This document shows positions 25,231-36,130 of a DNA stretch of 64,000 nt, piece by piece. This DNA comes from Moniliella sp. 'wahieum'. Taxonomy: Eukaryota. The stretch's first letter is position 1; each line of letters opens with the position of its first letter. Where the stretch lies: positions 124,001 through 188,000 of the forward strand of contig RSEE01000021.1 of NCBI GenBank assembly GCA_003971905.1, in the 5' to 3' direction. The notes beneath the pieces are model-generated. The model searched no databases and was not told the DNA's origin. It saw nothing but the letters and a program-made list of their open reading frames with translations. Position numbers and translations under genes: made by a program.

Positions 25231-27209
25231 GGCGAGGAGCGGCGACGATGGAGGCGGAAAGGGTGTTGGCCACGTTAAAAGGAAGTGGCGCGAATGGTGG
25301 CGGCGAGAAGGAGAAGGGGGGGTGGGGGGGAGAAAATGATCGATGAGGGCCCAGATCGAGGCGAAAAAGAGATGCCGTGCCAGGCCGGTTTGAGCGGGGA
25401 AATGGGGCAGAGGGGGAGTGCTGTGGAGTGGCCCATTGCGGAGCCAGCGGGATGCATCATTTCAACGCTGGTTCAGCTTGAAGCCTCCACCTGGGAGCCT
25501 CACGCTTCGGTCGCTTTTGTTGTGACACATGTGACGGCCAAAATCCCCGCAAAGCCCAACAACGCCTTGGGAACACGCAACGCATCTGACACGTGGCATG
25601 GGACGCGAACCGCCAAAGTCACTAGTCACCTAGTCACCGGTTCTGGGTTCTCCCGCCCCTTGTGACGTCACTAGTCACTAGCCACTGGTGGCTAGTGTAG
25701 CTGTATCCATATTCAATTCATCACCGCCACCAAGTGCGGAAAAACGAGGCAGCGTGGCGCGTGGCGAAGCTGTGGGACTCACAGTTTACGTAGATACCCG
25801 ATAGCCCACCCTAAAGACCACAGGTAGCCAGTGACTGCGAGGCAGGTACTAGTTCTCGGTAGCCCCCAGTCCGCAGGGCAAAGACACTCCCTCCCGCCTT
25901 CCCCCAGACGGGATTGCGGGGAATCGATCACGCCGATCACTCTATCGTTGAACACTAGCCAATGCTTCAGCAGCTTCAGCACCTTTTTACTAGTTACTGG
26001 AGTTACTGGTCCCCCCTGTTACATGTTACGGTCACCCCGGTCACTAAACGTACATCCACTGTATATGGACTGTGTGCCTTTCCTTTCGCAAACCCGGCTT
26101 GCACTCTTCTACTTTGCTCGCCCACCTCCCTCTCTTTTCTGAGTAACAGAAAATTCATATAATCTGCAAAGCTTCTATTTATAAGCAGAGGGACATAAGA
26201 AACACATCGTCCGTCAAGCGCGTAAAGCTAGCCTCCCGCTCTGATATAATAGTTTCATCATCTCTTAATGGCTTCATCATTTGCAGCATTTGCTGTCAGA
26301 AATCGATGCTAGTATCCGACTTGTGATGAGCACTCGACGATCTTATGGATCTTCTATTACCATATCGGAGGGTGCAAAAGAAATGTGCAACCCTACTGCT
26401 CCCAGACTGCACGTGACGGGGGGGGCTGCGCCGACTATCGGGCATATGACAGAGTCGCGTCGACGCGTCCCTCCCATACCTTAAAGGGGGAGCGGTGGTG
26501 CAAAGAGTAACCGTGGCACAAGGCGGAGGGGTGGAGCAAGGAGGAGATGCGGAGAGCAATTGCGGGGGAGGGGGGCAAGGGGTGACAAGAAGTGGAGGGG
26601 GACAAAAGGGATCGGTGGAACAAGGGGGGGATGGAGCAAGGATATGATCGGGGAGGTGGGAATCCGAGGCGGCCGTACGCGTGGCAAGGGCTTGGGGGTA
26701 GTAACGTGTCTGAAGCCTCCGGGGCTTAGGGATGGGTAGATGCAGTGGAGGGAAAACACTGCCAGAGCTGAGGCAGGGCAGTGACTGTGGAAGAAACCCA
26801 CGGGATATGCTGTGGTACGCGGAACCGACGCCGCTGAAGGAAGGCTCGCGCGACGGAGCGGATGGAAAGCTGGAGGACGAGGTTGGATGGTGAAGATGAG
26901 GCAGCTAAGTGGAGACGAGAGGTTGCCTGTATTACTGAATCAATTGGCTGGAAACGTTCAGGAGTTGGACAGGAAAGGCGGGAAGGGACGAGAACGGAAG
27001 GTGGGATTCCCATCAATCAAGGATGCTGACTGTTGGTTGGCCCCTTTTTGGCAACCCCCTTCTGTCTAAGCCCCATCACACTGGGGTAGATGTTGACAGA
27101 GCGAAGCAGACGAAGCTGCTACAGAGTGCGACTTGGGAGTACTCGCGATCCTATGGATCAGCTGCAAAGTAACCGTCAGACAAAAGGCGTGAAGGAAAAG
27201 TTCAAGCAC

Positions 27210-27580
27210 CATCTGAATTGAAGGGACGGAGACAGGAGAGAGAGAAGGGAGAGGAAGCGAGCAGGGCGCGCGCGCCCTGCGAGCGGAACTCTTTCAACCG
27301 GCTAAGCGAGAGCGTCACCGATTCACTGAGGGGTGCAGGGGAGGCCTAACACTACCACACCCCAACAGATGCAAGCGGAGGCTGCGAAGGGACTAAGATT
27401 ACCATCCGATAGCACTTCCTCGTCTGCTATAAATCATCTGAATTAAGGAAAGGAGACAGGATAGAGAAGAGGGGCATGGAACGAAGAGCAGGGGGTGCGC
27501 AGCCTGCGAGCCGAACTCTTCCGTAGGCGAGCGTCACCGATCAACTAAGCCTTGTAATGGGACCCTAATAACACTATCCT
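27210..27580. repeat. Diverged ~150-bp direct repeat pair (27210-27358 and 27436-27580)
   Basis: Shared colinear blocks CATCTGAATT, GGAGACAGGA, GAGCAGGG, CCTGCGAGC.GAACTCTT, GAGCGTCACCGAT, TAACACTA. Confidence 0.85.
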
Positions 27581-29149
27581 CTAGCATGCTACCATTTTTG
27601 CCATTTCTCCGGAGATTAAGGCCGGGACAAAGAAACTCTGTGCCTAAACTGACCCTGGCGAGGAAGGTGGGGAAAGAAGACGTAAAAGATATTCAGACTG
27701 TCAGTGATTATAATCGATCACTACTCTGTTTTGAGTATGCCTGGGCTGTGCTCTGAGTTCTGAGTCGCCTGAAACTGTGGTGACGTATGTAGTGAAGGCA
27801 TATATAACTTGCCTATTAGCCTGGAAGCAGTGCCCCACAAAAAAGCCCTTGTAATAGACCACACGCACTGTTCCTGGGGCGCATATAAGCCCTGAGCTGC
27901 CCCTCCTCTTGGTTATATACCTACATCTCTTATTCAGAGTTGATGTACTGTGTACCCCCGCCCATGCACACCACACTTTCGGTCTTGGCAAAACAGATAA
28001 TCTCATTACTCATTCCCAGTCAAGGCCTGTATGTTCTGCACATGCCCAGTAGAGCGCGCTCCAAAGTCCAAAACCAAGTTTGATGATAGTTGGTTGTAAA
28101 TTAGGCACGGTGCACCGAGTGGCCATGCATCCGCGCAATAATAGTCCCCCGGCCTCACCCTAGTCCAAGGCGGTCGGCATAACTATAAAAGGCCACCATG
28201 TTTTGGGTATCTTTGCGACGACTGTCGCCCTCCGTCTTACTTTATCTTTCTCCTGTTGCGCCTGCGGCAACCACAACAACCCCTCTTTGGACGTGTCTTC
28301 CTTTCTACAGCCCTATTGTATCCGTTTCCCCTTTTGACCTAGCATGTACCCCTGGTTGTGGGGATCGTTTCCCCCACTTGCCATTCTCGTCCTATAGCCC
28401 TCGCTTGTCCATTCTTGTCTCCATTGTTATCTTTCCCGTCCAACTACACTGTTGTTGCCCGTTTCGAGCAAGCCGGTGCGTACACAGCCTTGCCACACGC
28501 GTGCATCCCTTGTTCGCGTCACGCCCAAAGGCCTCTCTTCTCGTCCCTAGCTCCGTTCACATCCACCAACTAGCCCAAGCCCGAAACTACTGTGAGTCGT
28601 CCTTCCGTCTAGTAAGGTATTGTACCCAACAAACCCGGGTGAGCCTCCTACTGCCACAGCGGTTTTCAAAAAGAGTAAAAGATATCAGCGATGTCCAGGA
28701 GCTGACATCGGCGACGTGTTTGCATGGTTTTGAGGAAAATGATGCCAGCGACGGCGCAAAAGAGGTCGTTGATGTCAATGATGTGCAGCGCGGGGGGCCA
28801 ACTGCCGGCTACATGTGAAACTTTGCATCGTTTCAAAATCCCACCCGGCCACACACATTTCGTGTCTTCTGCTAGCAAATGCTACCAGAACCACCTAGTC
28901 AACACGCGTCCTTCCTATACGTGCTCACGGTAGCTGGCCAAGGGCAGGGAATCGATTTGGCGTAGTCGCCGCACGGAAGGTGTGCTCTACGGGGACATGC
29001 GTATTCAGATTAGCCAGGGGAACATCGGCAATTGGTGTGGCCAAGATCTAGTCGTCAGGTAAATGGAACCTCATTTCATGTGGACCACAAAAGGCAGGCC
29101 ATGCGGGACAATATTGTACCCACTGATAGGTGTTGGCTCATCAAGCACC

Positions 29150-30964
29150 CATCCTGCGCCTAGTTCTGCTTGGGCGCCGGGAACGCAGGGACGACTGGTG
29201 CAGCCCCGCTGAAGATAGGCTTTTGTTGGTCCTTCACATTGCTTTGACCCCGCAAACGAAAGTCATGAAAACTCTGTTGGGTTCTCCGACCAAACCGACG
29301 AGGTCATCAAGAGTCGGTCCTCCTGATAAACCCATAGTCGGACAGGCGCGTTTGAGAGATGGGTCTGAAACCGTCAAGCGAGACTGTCTCCAAGAGGGTA
29401 GGCTGTCGTATACGCGGACTTGACACTTCTTCACCATCTCTCTTCTTGTTCCATCAGGTCACTGTGTGTGCTAGTGAGCCAACCATCTGACCCATTCCGC
29501 GTTGGTTTCGACAACAGTAAGGTGTTGGATGAGGTCGGAGCTTGGGCCCCACTGGTCCGTGTAGTATAGGCGTCCTTCATCGCAGTGTTCCGACTCGGCC
29601 TGATATTCATTGGACCAGAGCAATTGTCGGTGGTCACAGAATGACCCTGACCCCGTCGAACGGACCATAGCGAACGACACCAGTTCGACAATGAGTACGG
29701 CTAACGACAGGTTTTACTTTTGCGGACCGGCATGCCCTTCAACTGTTCCTTGACGCAAAACTCCACCTTTTGCTTAATGAACGCGGTGTTGCGTGTGCGA
29801 TCTGTCCCAATGTCCCGGAAGATTGTCATTGGAAGTCTCCGCTCATCAGCTGGCCGTCTGGCAAATAATAAAGGCGATGTGCAGAGCCACGTCGCGTCGC
29901 GCCAGCAAAGGCCCAGGGAAGTACCGATGCCCAGTAGCTCCCGCGATAAAGGCTAGAGATAAAGGTGACCGCGCCAACATACGCGCTTGTATAGTTAGAG
30001 CACAGTCGTCTCGCTTGGCAACACATCGCGAGCCGGATGGTGAAGTGGGATTCGCGTTAATCCATCCACCCCATCTTGCGAGTGGAGGTCATCTGAGACA
30101 TCACGGGTAGTCAATGTGGGAACGGTGAGAAAAGATATTATGTTCCCTCTCCAGCGTGGAACGGTGGCTAAGGTGGCGACGCAGCAATAGTTAATCTCAT
30201 CAGTGACAGGACCAGTTCGGCGAGCTCTCGCCGCATAGACCTTTTGGTAACCACAACTGGGTGATGTTGATGACGGCAATGAACGGTTCGTAAAGGGTGC
30301 GAACATATTGCTAGCAATCGGGCCGTGGTGACGTATTACGACAGATCCTCAAAATACAGAAACGGAGACTGCAAAGGAGTGCGTCTTCTTGTGAGGCATC
30401 AGACTTGTGTGCGCGCCGAGTTGATCGCCGCTCTGGCTTGGATCCGGACTGAGGGTCCGCTGTCGCTTCGGGTTCGGTAGGCGGGCCAGCCGACTGTGAG
30501 CAATGCATGTTTCACGTTGTCCTCCATCCAAAAGCGTCTTCCACATCGCCATTTTGCGTGGGACCCAGGGGGTCATCCAGAGAGGGACTGAAGGTGCAAT
30601 TCAGGGGAGGCCACGTCTGGTATATTAATGTCAGATGTGGGCCGGTAGAGATGGTGGCCAGCGCTCGCCGGTTAGAACCAGCTGAGATCGTACTTGCGCG
30701 CGGGAGCGCATGGTGCACGAATGATGCCTGCTGCATTAGTGTCCGGTGTTGCAGCTTGGTTTTTATTGGACGCGACCCGGTGTGCCCGGTGTGATCTTGG
30801 TGACGTCGGGCGTCCCTGTGTCGAAAAGACGAGTACGGGCATCGACCACATCCGGTGCACATCCAATAATCCCTGTGACAATGCTGGACATGCTTCCAGC
30901 CAAATAATATAGCTGGAGCAGGAGTTGGAGGAGTGAGGGCACCAGTACGTCGGTTCCGATACAT
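29150..30964 (-). pseudogene. Degenerate gene with possible Zn-binding motif and Ulp1/C48 peptidase-like remnants
   Basis: Ordered fragments CTGCGRC..HQDH; VTDEINYCC; QHLTVV; VRVYDSL; QQKP..SG(x)C, resembling Ulp1 NDExIN..H..D..QQ..C. Stops and shifts in between. Confidence 0.35.
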
Positions 30965-31789
30965 TCAATGCCAGGTTACCCACTGCGAGCGTTATTAGAA
31001 TGTGCCAATCGACTTTCACTGTTGGCCTGATCGCTTCGATCTGGCCAAACACTCAACTGAGTACGCAACCTTAGTATTCGCCGATCATCGATCATCCAGC
31101 GACAGTTGCCTACGCCTGTCAACACATGTTACACATATGTCACGGGCGTAGATTGAAGTCCGGCGGAGCCTACGCGCGCCTTTCGTCTTACTAGTAACCC
31201 CATCCCCAGGTTGGTCATGGGGTCAGATTCAATCTGGAAACGATAGTCTCCCGGTACCCTTTTGCATTATACCTGCCTTGCTACGTAGGTTGCCCATGCG
31301 GCAATCGCCCTCCTTGTTTTCCTCAGTCCCCCGTTCTTTCACTATGCTGCACAGCCTTGCCACACTTGCAGCCCCGCCTCTGCTAAGATTAGAGGCCTCT
31401 CCTTGTCCCTAGCCCCGCTCAGACTCTGGCACCAATCAGCCCAAGCGTGTAACTATCGTGAGTCACCTTTTTATAGGATCTCCATGGATTGTACCACTTA
31501 ATCACTCCCCCCCGGGCCCCCTGGCTGCGCCCACCCTTACACTGCCTGGTGCAGAGAATGGTGGGCGCAGCTTTTTCCCTGCAGCAACAGCGTCCCAGTG
31601 GTTCTTCAGTTAGGACCCTGTTGGCTATCCAATTCCGGCCAGGGGCAAAAATGACTTTCCTAATGCGTTGTATGGAGCCCCCCGCATGTGAGTGGCGCAA
31701 TCTCCTCTACCCCATACTGCAACCCACACTTGACAAAAAGAGCCATCCAGCCCCCTGGTCCTGCCTCTTTCCTCACACACCCCACCAGC

Positions 31790-33587
31790 ATGGCTCGCCG
31801 CGGTTCAAACAGAGTAAATGCAACAGCCAACCCAGGCAATGCTCGCTTGAACACCTCTCGCGGACGCAGCAACATCGCCGGTGCCGCCCCCACCCGCACC
31901 GCGAACAATAAGCGAGGTCGCCAGGCAGCCGAAATGGACGAACCGGACATGGACGAGCCTGCCCCCAACCGGACTCGCCGCCCCGCCTTCATCCTGACGG
32001 TCCCTGAGACAGCAACAGACGACGATGAAGGCGCGCAGGCAAATGGTCCGGAAGCTGTCGATCAAAATGACGTAAGCGATCCACAAGATCACCCCCTTGC
32101 CCCTGAGGGCGTGCGGGATGCCATGGACCAACATGATGGGGAACCCTGGCTGCAAGCGCTTCAAAGTCTGCGTGCTGAACTTAGGAACGACGTCAACGCC
32201 ATACACCAGGAGTTAAGTCCGCGCCACCAGGAGTGAATTCCACGCCGCCCTCCAACAACAACAGAACGATACATCAATTAGGTTGGATCTGATTTCCGAT
32301 TTGGCCTTGCGTCGCGAGCACGACGAGATGGACCGCTTTGGAGACTTGAGACGCACTGTGATGCGTCACGACACTGACATCAATGACCTTAATGACCGAG
32401 TCCGCAACCCGACAATGCGGCCGACGTGCAACACAACGCGGTTGAGCGGGGCAGTATCACCACAGGTATCATATACCACAGCATCACCGCCCCCTCATGC
32501 GCACAAAAGCACTCTCACTGACCTAACTTACATATGTTCTTTTTGCGTCTGACAGCGATATTTGATCAACGACCTCGTCTGGGTTTGCCTCCTGTTCAAG
32601 GCACCCTGGAAGGGCCAGCGAATGGTCGGCTTCTGTCGTATGTTCGCCAGACAGCACATTACTGATGGTGGTCTAGAGGCCACCGCTCTCGAGATCAACC
32701 CGACTAGACCAGCGTTGAACAGGGATACAGACCGCTTCATCCAGAGGCGGGTGCTCAACAAAAAGGCTATTTGAAAGAGGTGCGTTAACCCAAACGCCGA
32801 AGCCATCTATTAACAAATAACACATCGTCCAGTTGCCGGAGAGCATACACCGTACCGATCAAGGAAACGGAACGCGCGCAATTGAAGACTTTCAGGCTGA
32901 GTTCGTCGCGTCATAGGTTTCCTGTCTACTTTCGCAGCCTCTCCCCGGGAGAGCTCACTGTCGCCAAGGAGCGCATCCGAATCCTGGTACGTACTGGCCC
33001 CGCCTTTTCACGTGTTGCTCTCCTCGCAATATGGCCACAATAACTTATCTCTCACCCGTTCTCATCAAAAGCGCTTCTGTTGCTATGTACCGAACGACAT
33101 TGACTTCCGGAGGAAATGGATCGTTTCTCACAACATCGCGACTTCCCTGACCCATCTGCTCTGTGCACAGTCTTGCTCAATCGGAGTCTGAACAACAGCA
33201 AGCGCTACAATGATATTTTCAGTGCCATCACTGTCTCTTGTCCGATCATAAGTACGTCGCCACCCCGTTGTCGTCCAGCAGGTCATCTGACTGTTTTCGC
33301 TCATCTCGCCCCGCAAGCTATCTACTGGGCTGGACGAGTGCATGGGAGAATTTCGAGGGCATTGCGGACACGCATCTTCCGCAAAAGGTAACCCTGAAAT
33401 TTGTACCGCCTGGCATGCGACCCGTGCACAACTCACCCCCTCCGTCACATCGCAAGTAACCCGGGCACAAATAACAGACGAGGAGGATGCACGGGACAAC
33501 GAAGGCACTGCAGTCAACCTCTTTGGCGCAGAGGGCACAGATGGCGACGACGACGACCGCACAGACGACTCTGAGACTGAAGAGTGA
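31790..33587 (+). pseudogene. Intron-containing pseudogene of an unknown coiled-coil protein with acidic tail
   Basis: MARRGSNRVN..LQSLRAELRNDVNAIHQEL..; donors GTATCA (32466), GTGCGT (32780), GTACGT (32987) with branch/AG ends; in-frame TGA (about 32772) and TAG (about 32914); ends DGDDDDRTDDSETEE*. Confidence 0.55.
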
Positions 33588-33804
33588 TTTGGCGCCTATA
33601 CGTTCCAGAGAGCTCTCAAGGCAAGCCCCCAAGTCCATATTGACCCATCGCAATGCAAAAAAATACCCTCGAAGACGATTGCACAGCATTCGATGGTGCT
33701 AGAATGAGTAGTAACTTAGTATAAAATGTAATACCAATGTAACCTAGGGAGAGCGAGCATAGGAGGATCAGATTCGTCAGATACGTCGCCCAGAGGCACG
33801 TCAA

Positions 33805-33970
33805 TGATGTTTCTGACGTTCAAGGGGGTGACATCGGCGACATATCTGACGTTCAAGGGGATGACATCGAGGACATAACTGACCCGCAGGGGGATGACAT
33901 CGAGGACATATCTGACGTTCAGGGTGGTTTCAGGGTGGTGACATCGGCGACGTCACTGACCTGCAGCGCG
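33805..33970. repeat. 33-bp tandem repeat, ~4-5 diverged copies
   Basis: Unit approximately GACATATCTGACGTTCAAGGGGATGACATCGAG. Confidence 0.9.
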
Positions 33971-35132
33971 CTGACAGAATTGTCTCACCCACGCCGAATT
34001 CCCTCTGACATTTTTTTATATCAAAAAATGATGTCTTTTGGTGATCCGCTGTGTGGGGCCGTCCCCCCCTGTGACATATGTGACAGTTATAATTACAGTT
34101 ACAAGCTTTTTGAAAGATCTGATTTTTTTTGTTTCTTCTCTCTCGATGCTTTTTGCAGTGCACGTGTACATTATCGAGGAAAGGCACCCCGCTTTGACGC
34201 AGCGAATAGCGGGGAAGATGGATGGGCACGTTCCTCACATGTCACAACTATACTAGGTCGTTTTCTGTCCGCATTCTATAAACATACATCAGCATCAGAG
34301 GTGACTATAGGAATGATGCAATGATGGACGTGTGGTCGTTAATTTAAGCTTGAAGACTGATGCAGCGGGGGGCCCGCCGCACCCCATTACATCAGCGCCA
34401 TCAGCCAAGACATCGTTTTTTACTTCGACGCCGGGGGTTCCTATACTTTCGATGATGGATAGGCACTCGGGACATGATAGTACTCACCCTTCAAGCTTCA
34501 CTTAGCACTTAGCACTTCCCTTCGGCAGAAGCCTCCATATCAATATCAACAGGGGTTCCGTACCGCATGGACGTGTGGCTGATACAAAGAAATAAATGGT
34601 GGAGCACAGTGATACGAACCACTGCACCGTGGTGGCACGCAGGTGGAGGCACATAGATGATCGTCGATCGTCGATCGTTAATGATCGATGTGATCCCCCG
34701 CCTAGTATACAGTAGAAGGATGCTTCTACACTTTGTCTTTCTTATTCCTCTTCCGTATGCACCGGGGGGAGCACCTGCCATCTTGTCATGATTAAGGTTC
34801 GGTCCGTGGTGGCTTTTGCGTTGGGCACGCACACCCAAGCTTCAAGCTTCAAGAAAGACCACTAGTTGTCTCAATCATCCCACATCTCGCACGCCAAGCA
34901 ACAGAGCCATTGTACCATAGCATTTGCTCTCAAAGGGGTTAGTGATCCCATGCAGCCTCAGCGGCTTGGTACATGTGTCTGCAGCCGATCGCATATATAG
35001 CGAGTAATCATTGATCCGACAGCTCCCTACAGTCCGTCGGCTATAAAGCTGAACGATCCACATCAAGAGCACGCGTCCACTTAGCACACCACCCCCAACT
35101 CTTGGTCAGTGCACTCAGCTCCCACCCCTCTC

Positions 35133-36130
35133 ATGCACTCCCTCCTATTCTGGTCGATTCTTGGCACCGCTTCTACCTTCGCCGTGCTTCCGACCATTGC
35201 TCAAGGGTACAGTAATCCAACAGATGACGGTGGATCCAACCTTGGCTACTTTCTCCCGACTTTAGCAGCACGGAGAACCCCTTAACGTCATCATTTCGGG
35301 ATCCTCTAGCTCCGCTGTCTTGACCCAGGACGGTTTGATGGACTATGCCAACGCTCTGGGATACGGAAAAGAGGTACGCACGCAGCATCCCACCAGCCCA
35401 CAGAGCTTTCCTGTGCCATACTACGCCTCCTTTCATGGAAGCACCATTGGTTAACCTATCCTGCGCGTCTCCTTTTTGCTCGGGCTTGCCCTAGTGTCTG
35501 GGTTTGCACGGCGGCACCAAAATGCAAGCCAATCTGGGAGATGGAAAAGGATGGACAGACCAGTTGGACGAGGCCCGCTGGCTGTATGGAACAAGCCCTG
35601 GAATCGGCGCCTGCCTGGAAACGTTCAAAGGCGGCAACCACTTCCGTTTCTGGCAGCAAGCCTCCACCAACGCTTGGTTCCTTGCCGTGTCAGAGGAACA
35701 GGATCTTAGCGAGAATCACAACATTACCGTACTTTCTTTCCCACCCATCTCCCTTCGTGCTGGTGATAGATGTATCGCTGACCTCTCTCACCATTCCCCT
35801 TTCCTTTTCTCGTATACATAGGCAAACGGATATAACAGGTGCGTGCGCATGCCCCCCTCCCTCGTACCCCTATCCCCTCCCCAAATAAGCTCCAGAAAAG
35901 GCAGGAAAGAAAGAACTGACCCCGGAGCCTCTATGTCCTTTGATAACAGTGGTCGCGACAAGTTGGTGTCGGATGCTCAGACCAACCCGTCTTACAACGG
36001 GAACCAGTACAACACTGCAGTCGAGTACATTTCAGGCTGGTTGCCAACGGGCGCTTCGGGCATTGACCATGGCATTGCCATCGACGGAAAGACGGCCATT
36101 TTGACCGTGTCCGTTACCAGCTCGTCTTAA
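35133..36130 (+). CDS. Secreted fungal protein of unknown function (4 exons, including 17-nt microexon 35822-35838)
   Basis: Signal peptide MHSLLFWSILGTASTFA; NPLNVIISG..KE | CLGLHGG..ANLGDGKGW..GACLETFKGGNHFRFWQQ..FLAVSEE..HNIT | ANGYNS | GRD..IDHGIAIDG; introns 35374-35494, 35729-35821, 35839-35949. Confidence 0.8.

Larger units (their letters stand above)
25800..34400. mobile_element. Probable degenerate DNA-transposon-like island with cargo pseudogenes
   Basis: Visibly less GC-rich, no intact host gene, ORFs broken by in-frame stops, internal direct repeats, 33-bp array, weak inverted similarity 26074-26185 vs 34085-34187. No transposase recognised; boundaries approximate. Confidence 0.45.

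Noticed and set aside
26296..27016. Minus-strand fragments as a LINE or transposase remnant
   Set aside because: No RT, endonuclease or DDE motifs were recognisable.
33805..33970. CRISPR-like array
   Set aside because: Units are contiguous with no unique spacers, the context is eukaryotic, and there are no cas genes.
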